The position numbers and the translations under genes are program-made. Below, piece by piece: positions 27,399-36,841 of a stretch of 51,647 nt of DNA. A model generated the notes under the pieces. It worked only from the letters and a program-made list of their open reading frames with translations. It searched no databases and was not told where the DNA came from. This DNA comes from Euryarchaeota archaeon UBA52 (lineage in GTDB: Archaea; Thermoplasmatota; Poseidoniia; Poseidoniales; Thalassarchaeaceae): NCBI GenBank assembly GCA_002505455.1, contig DAVB01000027.1, forward strand, positions 4,134 through 55,780, given 5' to 3'. Every line of letters starts with the position of its first letter. The first letter of the stretch is position 1.

Positions 27399-28838
27399 CT
27401 ACATCTGAATCACAGAGGAGATCGTCTCCGGGCTGAAGAGGAAGACGAGCAGCACCGTTCCAGCGAATATCATCATCCAAGATCCGATGACCTTGATCCA
27501 CTGTGTCAGGGGATTTATCCTGGATGCGAACGCCGCATTGCCGTAGCCCACCAAAGATACGATGATCACCATGAGCAATATCAGGCCAAGCGCAAGGCCC
27601 AGCAGCCCCGTGAACACAGCCTCGACGCCCATCGTCCCCAGGAAGACAACGAACGGCAGCACTGCAATTGCGGTGCAATCGATGCTCGCAGCCGCGTATC
27701 CGACGCCATAGAGGAATGTGTTTGCCTCAGCAGAGCGTTTTTTCGATCCCTCGGTTGGCCTGTCTATGGCTCTTTGGACGAAGGAGAAGAGGTTGCTTGT
27801 CCAGCCCATCAGATTGAGCAAGCCGAGAGCCGCGAGGCTGAACGCGACGAAGATAGCGATTATCCGTATCATCCCGCTGAGGGCGAACGCTCGCCCCATT
27901 ATCGCCGCGACTATGCCGATTACCAGGAAGAACGAGACCATGCCGAATCCGCTCATGAGCCCGAGAATCGGGGGCTTTATCCTCCGAGATTCGCGTGAGT
28001 CCATCGAAGCCTCAGAAGCCATCAGAGTCATCTGGAATGTGACGAAACTTGGCAGGACGGGGAATGCGCAGGGGGAGAAGAAGACCAGGATAGATAGGAA
28101 GACCCCCAAAGCGAAAATTGCAGATCCTGAGGATTTCTCCTCGGCGATGCCGATCGTCCTCAGAGATTCTATCTCGAACTGATTTCCCGTCAAAGCCGTC
28201 TCCACAGCGGAGTCGAAGGACGACCAGCCGTCAGTGGGCGTCCCGGTATTCTCCCTTGCAATGATGTATCCCTCGTGATCGATGACGAGAACTGCGGGTA
28301 TCAATCCAGTTCCGCCAGCCGTCAGGAGCCGGACGGGATCGGAAAGCGTCCCATTCTCAAGAATGGCTGCATGGACGCTCCCAAGGCCAGTCGGGAATCC
28401 TGGTACCTTGTAGCCCCCCTCTGATGTGTTGAGGTATTCCAAGCTCTCATCATACCAAGCCCCATACGCAATCACATGCAATTCTCTGGCCGATTCCATC
28501 TCTTCCCAACGGGGGATTTCATCCTCCAGATGGTGCTGGACCGCATGGCAATTGGTGCAGTCATGCGCCATCAGATCAATGATCAGGACTCCGCCTCTGA
28601 GAAGAGAGGTGTTGATCCTGCCCTCCTCGTCCATTATCTCTGATTCTATCCCATCACGCTGCAGGGAGTCGAACAGAATCACGGGTATCGGCTCAATCTC
28701 CCCGCCTTCCCCTATGCGATCGCCAGCGATATCGAAGGCGCTCAAAGCCAAGGCGGATATGCCTACGAACATCAACCCGGCTATCACGGCAGCGGCCCAT
28801 GTCTGCCGTTGCCTCAGTACCGACATGTCCAGTCGCAT
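27399..28838 (-). CDS. Thioredoxin-like domain fused to CcdA/DsbD transmembrane domain
   Basis: N-terminal TM, then IDLMAHDCTNC (CxxC) and VLVIDHEG, then FSPCAFPVLP and ASIDCT within a 6-TM CcdA module. Start may be 28826. Confidence 0.82.
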   Translation of the reverse strand: MRLDMSVLRQRQTWAAAVIAGLMFVGISALALSAFDIAGDRIGEGGEIEPIPVILFDSLQRDGIESEIMDEEGRINTSLLRGGVLIIDLMAHDCTNCHAVQHHLEDEIPRWEEMESARELHVIAYGAWYDESLEYLNTSEGGYKVPGFPTGLGSVHAAILENGTLSDPVRLLTAGGTGLIPAVLVIDHEGYIIARENTGTPTDGWSSFDSAVETALTGNQFEIESLRTIGIAEEKSSGSAIFALGVFLSILVFFSPCAFPVLPSFVTFQMTLMASEASMDSRESRRIKPPILGLMSGFGMVSFFLVIGIVAAIMGRAFALSGMIRIIAIFVAFSLAALGLLNLMGWTSNLFSFVQRAIDRPTEGSKKRSAEANTFLYGVGYAAASIDCTAIAVLPFVVFLGTMGVEAVFTGLLGLALGLILLMVIIVSLVGYGNAAFASRINPLTQWIKVIGSWMMIFAGTVLLVFLFSPETISSVIQM

Positions 28839-28934
28839 TCGTACCTGTGCTCGGAGATGGCGTATTTCACATGCTTGGAAGTCTGATACAATTCCACTAG
28901 CCTTAATCGGAAGTCGCGGCAGGAGACGGCCACA

Positions 28935-29010
28935 GGGCTCGTGGTCTAGGGGTTATGACGTCGCCTTCACATGGCGAAGATCGCAGGTTCAATTCCTGCC
29001 GAGCCCACCA
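28935..29010 (+). tRNA. tRNA-Val(CAC), CCA encoded
   Basis: GGGCTCG/CGAGCCC acceptor stem, TCGCC-TTCACAT-GGCGA anticodon arm, GCAGG-TTCAATT-CCTGC T arm, ACCA end. Confidence 0.96.
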
Positions 29011-29079
29011 TCGTTCTCAATTATGATTCGTGATCTTGCGCGCCATGTACTCTGTTTCCACGAGGAGTTCTCCAGAAAG

Positions 29080-30126
29080 TCAAAAGATCTCTTCTGTGGC
29101 ATTTCTGTGCGTGTATATGTTGATTAAAACCTCGGCTATATCTTGAGTGTAGGCTAATATTCGCCTCAGAGATTCTGAAAGTTTATCCATAAAAAGTGCG
29201 TCTACCGACTCCAATTCAGATTCCCAGAGGCTTGCCTCATACTCTTTCAGTTCCGCTATTGCGGCCCTTACGTTCGACTTTGCTTCATGGATTTCATTCA
29301 CATCTCTGTCACGTAGATTTGAAATCAATAATTTGATTGCTGAGTGCCATACTGGGATGATGTTTATTGGTAGTTTTTGTAAAGATAGATTTGAAGGAAC
29401 TTCTTGATCGACGCACAATCTGCTGAGTAGGAAGCAATGATCTCCGATACGCTCTAAATTTTTGACAATATTAGAGAGTTCAGACGCTTCCCATCTGGTT
29501 GTTCCAAAGCTCGATTCTATCGAAGCGGATTCAAGGATTTGACCAACTTGCCTCTCCAATAACAATCTCAGTGCATCGACTTCCTTCTCTCTTTCCTCGC
29601 TATCTTCGAAGGATGAAGAATCGTTCCGAAGAAGAACCTCAGTGACATCTCTAATCTGACTTGAAACTAGTAGATACATTCTATTCAAGCTAGAGTACAA
29701 TGGCATTTCCGAGGTGTTGATCAATGTAACTAATTGAACAGAATATTCAGATTCTTCGGATATCTCAATCCCCCTAGTGGTCTGTGTGAATTTCCGTATC
29801 TGCCTCCTATCGTTTCTCCGAATACCGCTACTCCTAGAAACTAAGATATTGTGCGCACCAGAAATATATGCTCCAACGAGATGATCAAAAAGAAACTCGA
29901 CTTTGATTTCATCGATGTTTATCTCGATCTTTCTTCTCTTCCTAACATTGGTTGTTTCTGCATTTAATCTCAAACTCCCAGAGGGGCGCCACTCTATCTT
30001 GATCCTATCTTTTGCACTGAGTCCGTGTTCTGTGACCCATTTTCTAGGCAGGCTGACGATGTAAGTCGAACCGCCAGTTACCTGTAATTTTCTGATTTCT
30101 GACCTATCAGAGGATTCAATACTCAT
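29080..30126 (-). CDS. phoU: Archaeal phosphate uptake regulator (AbrB-like DNA-binding domain plus PhoU domains)
   Basis: RKLQVTGGSTYIVSLPRKW N-terminus, EREKEVD and NLERIGDH. Confidence 0.88.
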   Translation of the reverse strand: MSIESSDRSEIRKLQVTGGSTYIVSLPRKWVTEHGLSAKDRIKIEWRPSGSLRLNAETTNVRKRRKIEINIDEIKVEFLFDHLVGAYISGAHNILVSRSSGIRRNDRRQIRKFTQTTRGIEISEESEYSVQLVTLINTSEMPLYSSLNRMYLLVSSQIRDVTEVLLRNDSSSFEDSEEREKEVDALRLLLERQVGQILESASIESSFGTTRWEASELSNIVKNLERIGDHCFLLSRLCVDQEVPSNLSLQKLPINIIPVWHSAIKLLISNLRDRDVNEIHEAKSNVRAAIAELKEYEASLWESELESVDALFMDKLSESLRRILAYTQDIAEVLINIYTHRNATEEIF

Positions 30127-30251
30127 CAAATACAGCCAAATTAATCCTCAATATATACTTTTCATCATCATTCAGTCTATTGTTTTCTTAAATTAATATA
30201 TATTCTATATATTTCTAAAGTTATAACCCCTCAATAGTTGCGAGGCATCAT
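30127..30251. promoter_or_regulatory. Divergent AT-rich phoU/pit promoter region
   Basis: TTATAA at 30221-30226 (25 nt before pit) and ATATAT at 30151-30156 (24 nt before phoU). Palindrome AATATATATT at 30195-30204 and TATATATT direct repeat at 30197 and 30206. Confidence 0.6.
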
Positions 30252-32432
30252 ATGGAAATCACAGGAATAATGTGGATAGTATTGCTTCTATCTCTGTTAG
30301 TATGTGCCTACATGGCATGGAATATCGGTGCAAACGACGTCGCAAATGCGATGGGGACATCCGTCGGGTCAAAGGCTCTGACGCTTAAGCAAGCCGTGAT
30401 CGTGGCAGCGATTTTCGAATTCGCTGGTGCCTTCTTCGCGGGCGACGCTGTCACAGACACGGTCAGGAAGGGGATTCTTGTTGTCGATTTCGAAACCGTC
30501 ACCGAGGTCTTTGCCAACGACCTGATGTACGGATTCATCTCAGCTATGATGGCGGCAGCGGTATGGCTCACCGTCGCCACGAGGCTGGGCTTGCCTGTCT
30601 CGACGACGCACAGCATCATCGGAGGCATCATCGGGGTCGGCCTGGTCCTCGAGGTGCAGCACCAGACGGACCTCATCGATTGGGAGGTCGTGAGGAAAGT
30701 GGTGATGTCCTGGGTCGCAAGCCCCTTGCTGGGCGGCATCATAGCGTTCCTGTCCTTCTGGATAGTCCGCGAGACCATCCTCGAATCCAAGAATCCCGAG
30801 GAACGCTCGATGTGGCTGGCCCCGATCCTCGCTTTCCCGACGTTCTTCGTACTCGGGCTGGCTCTTCAGTTCAAGGCGTTGAAGGGGCTCTTTAGCAGGC
30901 TGGACGATGCAGGGACGCTCGACAAGGCGTCATGGCTGGGAGTCAGTGAGGGCGGATCGTTCAACCCATTCACGCACTACTGCCCCGATGGGGTCAATCT
31001 CGTTGATCACCCCGAGTGCGTGGATGCGATCTACCAGGGCGCCTGGTTCCCCATCAATTCCCTGCTTCTCGCAGGCGCCATCGGAGCCATAGCCTCCCTC
31101 ACCCTGTTCATGGTCCTGAAGAGGATCGACATCAAGGAAGAGCGGAATGGATTCATGGGCGTCGAAAGGATCTTCGTTTGGCTTCAGATAATCACCGCGG
31201 CCTATGTCGCCTTCGCTCATGGGGCCAATGATCGGTCGAATGCAATCGGGCCCATGGCTGCTGTCTACCAGATCCTGGAGTCCGGTGGCGAGCTGACTGC
31301 GGAAGCAGCGGTTCCAGTGTGGCTGGTACTGCTCGGAAGCGCTGGGATTGCGATAGGCGTAATGACGTGGGGCTGGAGGGTCATGGACACGATCGGTAAG
31401 AAAATCACCGACATCACCCCGACAAGGGGTTTTGCAGCGGAATTCGGAGCCGCAACCACGATTCTGATATTCTCGATGCCGTTCCTCGCAGTCCCCGTTT
31501 CCACCACCCACACATTGGTCGGCGCTGTTGTCGGCGTCGGCTTGGCAGGCGGTGCGAAAGCCGTTGACTTCAGGGTGTTCGGGAAGATCTTCGCGTCGTG
31601 GGTAGCGAGCATACCCGCTGCTGGTTTCGGCTCAGTGGTGATATTCGTGGCCGTCGCATCCGACCCGGTCCATCTGATTGTTGTACTACCGATCGCCTTC
31701 GCGGCTGTGGTCTACGTGATGTGGGCCACGAGGGATGGTGAAATCTACGTCGAGGACGCACTCTCCGATGCAAGTGGCTCAGACGGCAGTGCCCCGACGC
31801 ACTTCGAGCTTTTGCACACCCATGCATTGGCGGTTGAGGAGACTGTGGCGCACATGCTGGACGCTGTGAACAAAGCAGCGGACGGGAAAGACCCCAAGAA
31901 GGAAATTGAGGCCACTGTGGAGGCGGAGCTCCGGGCAGACGTGATCAAGAATGATCTCAGAAAGAGGATAGGGTCGGGCCAGATGTCCGTGCTCCAGGGC
32001 CGAGACGCCATGCTCGAGATGGTTTCCAAGCAGGATAGGATCGCGGACTATGCACAAAACGTCGCCGAGCAGCTGTCATTCAGGGAGCTCTTCGGCGACA
32101 AGAAGGCGCGGGCGATGCTGAAGGAGATGGCTGAGGCCGTCTCCAATACTGCCTCGTTGTACGAGGACACTATTTCCCAACTGAAGACTGTGGCCCTATC
32201 TGGATACACCAAGGCAGGCAGGCAGCGCCTCAGTGACCTGATCGATGCGGTGAACCTTGCAGAGCACCAGGCAGACGTGGTTGAGAGCAAGGCTGCTGCA
32301 TACGTGTTCAGCAACGGGGAGGAAGAGTCCCTGGCAGCGGTGCACATGTACAGGGTGCTTCAGCGCTTGGATGACGTGGCAAATGCATGCGAGAAGGCAG
32401 CGAATGCCCTGCTCTCCATAGTATACGATTAA
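30252..32432 (+). CDS. pit: PiT-family inorganic phosphate transporter fused to C-terminal DUF47 (PhoU-like) domain
   Basis: IGANDVANAMGTSVG, GLPVSTTHS, HGANDRSNAIGP and PVSTTHTLVG. The C-terminus (ELRADVIKN, QDRIADYAQ, EHQADVVE, LDDVANACEKAA) matches DUF47. Confidence 0.9.
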   Translation: MEITGIMWIVLLLSLLVCAYMAWNIGANDVANAMGTSVGSKALTLKQAVIVAAIFEFAGAFFAGDAVTDTVRKGILVVDFETVTEVFANDLMYGFISAMMAAAVWLTVATRLGLPVSTTHSIIGGIIGVGLVLEVQHQTDLIDWEVVRKVVMSWVASPLLGGIIAFLSFWIVRETILESKNPEERSMWLAPILAFPTFFVLGLALQFKALKGLFSRLDDAGTLDKASWLGVSEGGSFNPFTHYCPDGVNLVDHPECVDAIYQGAWFPINSLLLAGAIGAIASLTLFMVLKRIDIKEERNGFMGVERIFVWLQIITAAYVAFAHGANDRSNAIGPMAAVYQILESGGELTAEAAVPVWLVLLGSAGIAIGVMTWGWRVMDTIGKKITDITPTRGFAAEFGAATTILIFSMPFLAVPVSTTHTLVGAVVGVGLAGGAKAVDFRVFGKIFASWVASIPAAGFGSVVIFVAVASDPVHLIVVLPIAFAAVVYVMWATRDGEIYVEDALSDASGSDGSAPTHFELLHTHALAVEETVAHMLDAVNKAADGKDPKKEIEATVEAELRADVIKNDLRKRIGSGQMSVLQGRDAMLEMVSKQDRIADYAQNVAEQLSFRELFGDKKARAMLKEMAEAVSNTASLYEDTISQLKTVALSGYTKAGRQRLSDLIDAVNLAEHQADVVESKAAAYVFSNGEEESLAAVHMYRVLQRLDDVANACEKAANALLSIVYD

Positions 32433-33193
32433 TCGGTCCAGCCGTATTCTCTGGCGAATTGGTTCGGCCCTAGGTCATTGATCTCAGAGAGTGTTTTCTG
32501 CAGGGCCAACCAAAAGACATGGGCGAATATTATCCCTGTCACCAAGTCGAACAGGAAGTGTTGTTTTGTTGTTAAGATGCTTATTGAAAGCAGTATCCAT
32601 TCAACCCATAAGATAACTAGAAAAATGTTCCAAGCGATTGGAGACGTACTCCTTTTTCTGAGTGCCCAAACGGTCATTGCCCTAGCCAAGAGGTATGAGT
32701 GGACTATGTGTAAACTTGGCCACGCATTCCACGGGTTATCCGACATATGGATGAAGTCAAACAAATAAGTCTCCCAACCATTCATAGAATCCCAGTTTAT
32801 TTGGTCTCTGAGATCAATCTCTGCTGGCAAAACAACGAATATGACGCAACATAACAGGGTCGCCATAATCAGGCCTTGCATGAAAACAACTAGCTCACAG
32901 TAACCACGATCGTTTTTTGGACAGACTAGGAGAACTGCTGGATAGAAAGCATACAACAATGTATATGGTAAAATTGTCCAAGCCAAGACAGGGATTTGTC
33001 TGTCAATAGATAACTCCGGATCAAAGACGGTAGTAAGATAGGCGTTTGCGATATTGTTTGTCAAAAAATAAGGAACTGCGACAAAAATTGCTCCTATGAG
33101 AAATACTTCGATGATCAGTTGATTTCCTCTGAACCCGCTTCGCCTATTCCAAACAGGTGACCAAAATCTTCCCCATGGTCTGAACCTAAGCAT
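32429..33193 (-). CDS. PAP2-superfamily membrane protein (AUR1/inositol-phosphoceramide-synthase-like)
   Basis: IDRQIPVLAWTILPY, NAWPSLH, SILTTKQHFLFD and several TM helices. Confidence 0.75.
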   Translation of the reverse strand: MLRFRPWGRFWSPVWNRRSGFRGNQLIIEVFLIGAIFVAVPYFLTNNIANAYLTTVFDPELSIDRQIPVLAWTILPYTLLYAFYPAVLLVCPKNDRGYCELVVFMQGLIMATLLCCVIFVVLPAEIDLRDQINWDSMNGWETYLFDFIHMSDNPWNAWPSLHIVHSYLLARAMTVWALRKRSTSPIAWNIFLVILWVEWILLSISILTTKQHFLFDLVTGIIFAHVFWLALQKTLSEINDLGPNQFAREYGWTD

Positions 33194-33245
33194 GCAATCC
33201 CCTAGAGAGTCGGGAATTTTAAGTGAGCACTACTTTGAATGTCAA

Positions 33246-33851
33246 TTAATTGTCTTGGATGTGGTTCGGCATGTCGAGAACCCTGTCAGCGAACATCAGT
33301 GCTTCATCCCGGTTGTGAGTAACTAGAATCGCTGGGCAATCACGTCCCTTCAGAACAGATCTTACGTCCATCAAGAGCTTCTCCGATAGATCTTTGTCTA
33401 GCGCGCTGAAAGGTTCGTCTAACAATAGGACCGTGGGTTTAGCGAGAAGAGCTCGCGCAAGAGCCAATCTTTGTCCTTCTCCTCCAGATAAATTCTCGAC
33501 GGATCGCTCTTCAAAACCTGAAAGACCAACTTCCTGAAGAGCCTCTTTGTGACCTGATTTCGAGGCTAGAGAAAGATTACCAGAAACTGAAAGATGGGGA
33601 TACAGGACCGGGTTTTGAAAAATCATGCCTATCCCTCTATTTTCTGGTAAAGTCTTACTGATATCAGTTCCATTCAATGTAATGGATCCATCATCGAGCA
33701 TGTCCAATCCGCAGATGCACCTGAGAAGGGTGGTTTTTCCACAACCGGATGGGCCTAGTACAGCGAGAATTTCTCCTCGTTCCAATGTAATATCAAGTCC
33801 TCTGAACAATGTCTTTGAGTAAGACTTCTCCATTTTACTGCAAATCAGCAT
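33246..33851 (-). CDS. thiQ: ABC transporter ATP-binding protein (ThiQ-like)
   Basis: GPSGCGKT, LSGGEGQR, LLLDEPF and VTH. TAATG stop/start overlap with the permease. Confidence 0.8.
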   Translation of the reverse strand: MLICSKMEKSYSKTLFRGLDITLERGEILAVLGPSGCGKTTLLRCICGLDMLDDGSITLNGTDISKTLPENRGIGMIFQNPVLYPHLSVSGNLSLASKSGHKEALQEVGLSGFEERSVENLSGGEGQRLALARALLAKPTVLLLDEPFSALDKDLSEKLLMDVRSVLKGRDCPAILVTHNRDEALMFADRVLDMPNHIQDN

Positions 33852-35521
33852 TAGAACATCCCTCCTTCGCGATTATTTCGAAATTTTTCTGCGATCATGA
33901 ACAAGATCAGTGTCATCACCATCAGTACAGATGCTATCGCATTAGAAGCGGGTGCTGCAAATGGATCTTTCATTGGTTTTCCCCTCCATGAGTCAATGAG
34001 AAGTGGCAAGGTTATCCAATCTGTATTTCTAGCTACAACGAAAGATGCGCCGAATTCGCCAAGGGACATTGCCAATATGAATACGGATGAAATGACCATC
34101 GGGCCTTTAAGAAGAGGTAATTTAATTTTCAGGAGTCTATCAATCGGCTTGACTCCGAGTACTTTCGCGGTCTCATCGAATTTTCTATCGTACGAACGCA
34201 ACGCTGGGAGCATAATTCTGACAACAAATGGTGTCGTTAGCATGATATGGGCAAGCGCGGGCAACGCCCAAAACTGATATGCAGCGGATGGATTAATTTT
34301 GATTATACCAATTAGAACCCCTAAACCTATCATTGCGGCGCTCAACGCAAACGGGAGCATTGTGAAAACGTCCAGAAGCCTCCCTAATCTGGGTTTTATT
34401 TTCTCCAGATCGTAGATACTCATAGCCATTGTAGAACCCAATGGAAGAGCTATCAAGAGGGTAAAAAAAGCATATCCGAGAGAATTGAATATCCCATCTG
34501 TAAGAGGAGGAAATGAAAAGCCCCCGTTAACCGCAGCCTGCCATCCTCCGAAGCCCCAGGTGAAGTCACCCATCATTGGGTCGGAATTCCGAATTCTGAA
34601 GGATCCAACCAAAACAGAGATCAAAGGAGCTAATGCGAATAATAGTGCGGGAATCAAAATAAATAGGCCATAGAGATTTGTCCGTTTGGAGTGTTCAGGA
34701 CGTGAGTGTGTCAAAATAGCCCTGTGTTTATGTTGAATGACTGAGGCCAACCAGAGAGATACCAATAGGATTGAGAACTGAATCATAGAAGCCCCTAATA
34801 CGATATCTGAGCTTGACTCCATATACCCAACAATACCTGCGGAGGAGGAAACATCGGCCATCATGCTTTCTAGTGTGTTGTTCCCAACTGTTATCCATTT
34901 TACCAAGGCAAAAGAAGTAAATGAAAATACGAATGTCATGCTAGCAGCAGCCACAACCGAGGGCATAAGCAGAGGCAGCCAAAGATTCTTGATCCTGGAT
35001 AGCCTAGTCCTACCATTTGGTAATAACCTCAACTGCTCTTCCAATACCGGGTCCATAGACGATAACAGGGGCTCGCAGAATCGTATGAACAACGCCATGT
35101 TGAACCAGGCGTGAGAAAGCACAAGAGTCCACCACCAAGTTGATTCATTTGTCCTGATATTTATTCCATGGGCCCCTACAATGGATAGAATTCCCATCGC
35201 AGCAATGATTGACGGAATTACAAATGGTAATGTCAAAATCGATCTATACAAGGCCTCTCGTCTCCATTTGTATCTGCCTAGGGCCCAAGCAATTGGAAGG
35301 CCGATAACAATAGTGGCGATGGTTGAAGCAATGGCTTGTACGATAGTAAAGTTGGTGACACCTGCAGAGATAAAATTTTGAGAGAGGGAATTTACCCACA
35401 ATTCAGGATTGAATCCCGCTACACTGACGAGTCTGTGAATGGCCAATGTGATTGGCACTAGTATAATTGCTGAGTAAGTAACAATACTACAGGTTCCGAT
35501 GAATCTTCTCAACTTATTCAC
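33851..35521 (-). CDS. thiP: Thiamine ABC transporter permease
   Basis: Duplicated permease modules (FVFSFTSFAL; AMSLGEFGA; ETAKVLG). GTG start at 35521 overlaps the end of thiB. Confidence 0.85.
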   Translation of the reverse strand: MNKLRRFIGTCSIVTYSAIILVPITLAIHRLVSVAGFNPELWVNSLSQNFISAGVTNFTIVQAIASTIATIVIGLPIAWALGRYKWRREALYRSILTLPFVIPSIIAAMGILSIVGAHGINIRTNESTWWWTLVLSHAWFNMALFIRFCEPLLSSMDPVLEEQLRLLPNGRTRLSRIKNLWLPLLMPSVVAAASMTFVFSFTSFALVKWITVGNNTLESMMADVSSSAGIVGYMESSSDIVLGASMIQFSILLVSLWLASVIQHKHRAILTHSRPEHSKRTNLYGLFILIPALLFALAPLISVLVGSFRIRNSDPMMGDFTWGFGGWQAAVNGGFSFPPLTDGIFNSLGYAFFTLLIALPLGSTMAMSIYDLEKIKPRLGRLLDVFTMLPFALSAAMIGLGVLIGIIKINPSAAYQFWALPALAHIMLTTPFVVRIMLPALRSYDRKFDETAKVLGVKPIDRLLKIKLPLLKGPMVISSVFILAMSLGEFGASFVVARNTDWITLPLLIDSWRGKPMKDPFAAPASNAIASVLMVMTLILFMIAEKFRNNREGGMF

Positions 35522-36668
35522 CCGAGGTAACTGCGGAATTCCACTCCTGCAGCCATGTTTCCATATTTTCTCGAATCGCATCATTAGACACTGAAGAGGG
35601 TTCTCCGGGAATTAGAGAGTGGTGTCTGTAACCGTTATCTGTAGGTAAATCTTCATCCGCCAAAACTGAGTACATTAGGTTCTCAATGGGCATCTTTGAG
35701 TTAACTTCTGGTGAGATTAGGTATTGTATGAATTGATGTGCGTAATCTGAATTTCCACCGCGGACGGCAGCAGCATATTCTACCTGGAAGAAGGACGTCT
35801 TCGGTAAATCCAGGGCGGAGGACTTGGTCGAATTCTCCCCATAAAATGCTTCAACTCCGGGTGAATGACAGTACGATACAGTCATGTGAGCATCCCCCAC
35901 ATGTCCCTCATTCCAAACACCGTACCCCCCGCTGTAGTGGGTCTCATACGCTTCAGTCCAACCAGAGGTGATGATTGCATCATTTTCGGCCATTGCTGAC
36001 CACCAATCTTTGAATTCGGTCATATTTTGGCTCCAATCGAAGTAGTCCAGTGTAGCTAGCATGAAAGCTCGTCCCGGGCTGCTTGATACTGGTGATGGAA
36101 ATGCCACTTTTCCATTCCATTCCGGCTCAGTTAGATCCCACAAACTCGTTGGCAAACTTAGATTCTCGCCGTCCACTACACTTGTATCGTAATTTAGGCA
36201 GATGTAACCCATGTCGAAAGGAGTTGCCAAGGGCCCATCATATGGGTCTAGTGGACTCATGCCGCTATTTGATTGGGAGTCTTGCATCATTGTTTTATCG
36301 GCGCTTATTTCAGTCAGTAAATCAAATTCTATGGCAGTTGGGAGGTAAGTGTTGTCTAGACCTATGGCTAGATCTACGTTGGAATTCCCTTTATTTTGGA
36401 TGAGATAATCTAGTACAGACCCTGCATCATCTAATTTCAGCATTCTTACAGCCAGCCCAGAGTCATTCTCGAATGTGCTTATCATCTCGTCAGTAAGAGC
36501 GTAAACATCGTAAGTGACTATGACTATTTCGCCGTCATCCAAGCTTTCATTTGGATCGCTATCATCTGCACTTAGGCACCCGGAAAATGGAGTCAAAGTG
36601 ATTATTAATGCTAGGCTAAGTATTTTCAAACTGAGTTTTAATTTCGTTTTGGTTTTATTCTGGTTCAT
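35514..36668 (-). CDS. thiB: Thiamine ABC transporter substrate-binding lipoprotein
   Basis: FSGC lipobox, DAGSVL, GLDNTYL, PFDMGYICLNYD, SSPGRAF, GWTEAY, VSYCHSP and QVEYAA. Lies downstream of a TPP riboswitch. Confidence 0.92.
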   Translation of the reverse strand: MNQNKTKTKLKLSLKILSLALIITLTPFSGCLSADDSDPNESLDDGEIVIVTYDVYALTDEMISTFENDSGLAVRMLKLDDAGSVLDYLIQNKGNSNVDLAIGLDNTYLPTAIEFDLLTEISADKTMMQDSQSNSGMSPLDPYDGPLATPFDMGYICLNYDTSVVDGENLSLPTSLWDLTEPEWNGKVAFPSPVSSSPGRAFMLATLDYFDWSQNMTEFKDWWSAMAENDAIITSGWTEAYETHYSGGYGVWNEGHVGDAHMTVSYCHSPGVEAFYGENSTKSSALDLPKTSFFQVEYAAAVRGGNSDYAHQFIQYLISPEVNSKMPIENLMYSVLADEDLPTDNGYRHHSLIPGEPSSVSNDAIRENMETWLQEWNSAVTSGE

Positions 36669-36671
36669 GAT

Positions 36672-36755
36672 TCTCCCTCCGCTGGCATTACCCAGATCAG
36701 GTCAATGGGTCGTCGCTCAGAAAGCGACCTCTCAGCACTAAGCTCCCCTATACCG
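36672..36755 (-). promoter_or_regulatory. TPP (THI-box) riboswitch
   Basis: Minus strand reads AGGGGAGCTTAGTGCTGAGAGGTCGCTTTCTGAGCGACGACCCATTGACCTGATCTGGGTAATGCCAGCGGAGGGA. It has the canonical GCTGAGA, ACCC and CCTGATCTGGGTAATGCCAGCG elements and a GTCGCT/AGCGAC P3 hairpin, directly 5' of thiB. Confidence 0.93.
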
Positions 36756-36785
36756 TGTGGGGCATACCTTGATTTTCAATCTTAG

Positions 36786-36792
36786 TTTTATA
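36786..36792 (-). promoter_or_regulatory. TATA box (TATAAAA) for the riboswitch-thiBPQ transcript
   Basis: About 30 nt upstream of the aptamer 5' end, consistent with archaeal TATA-to-start spacing. Confidence 0.6.
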
Positions 36793-36841
36793 TTGCCATA
36801 ATTATGAGTGTTCTTGTTGGATTATTTTTGCCTGATTTTTA

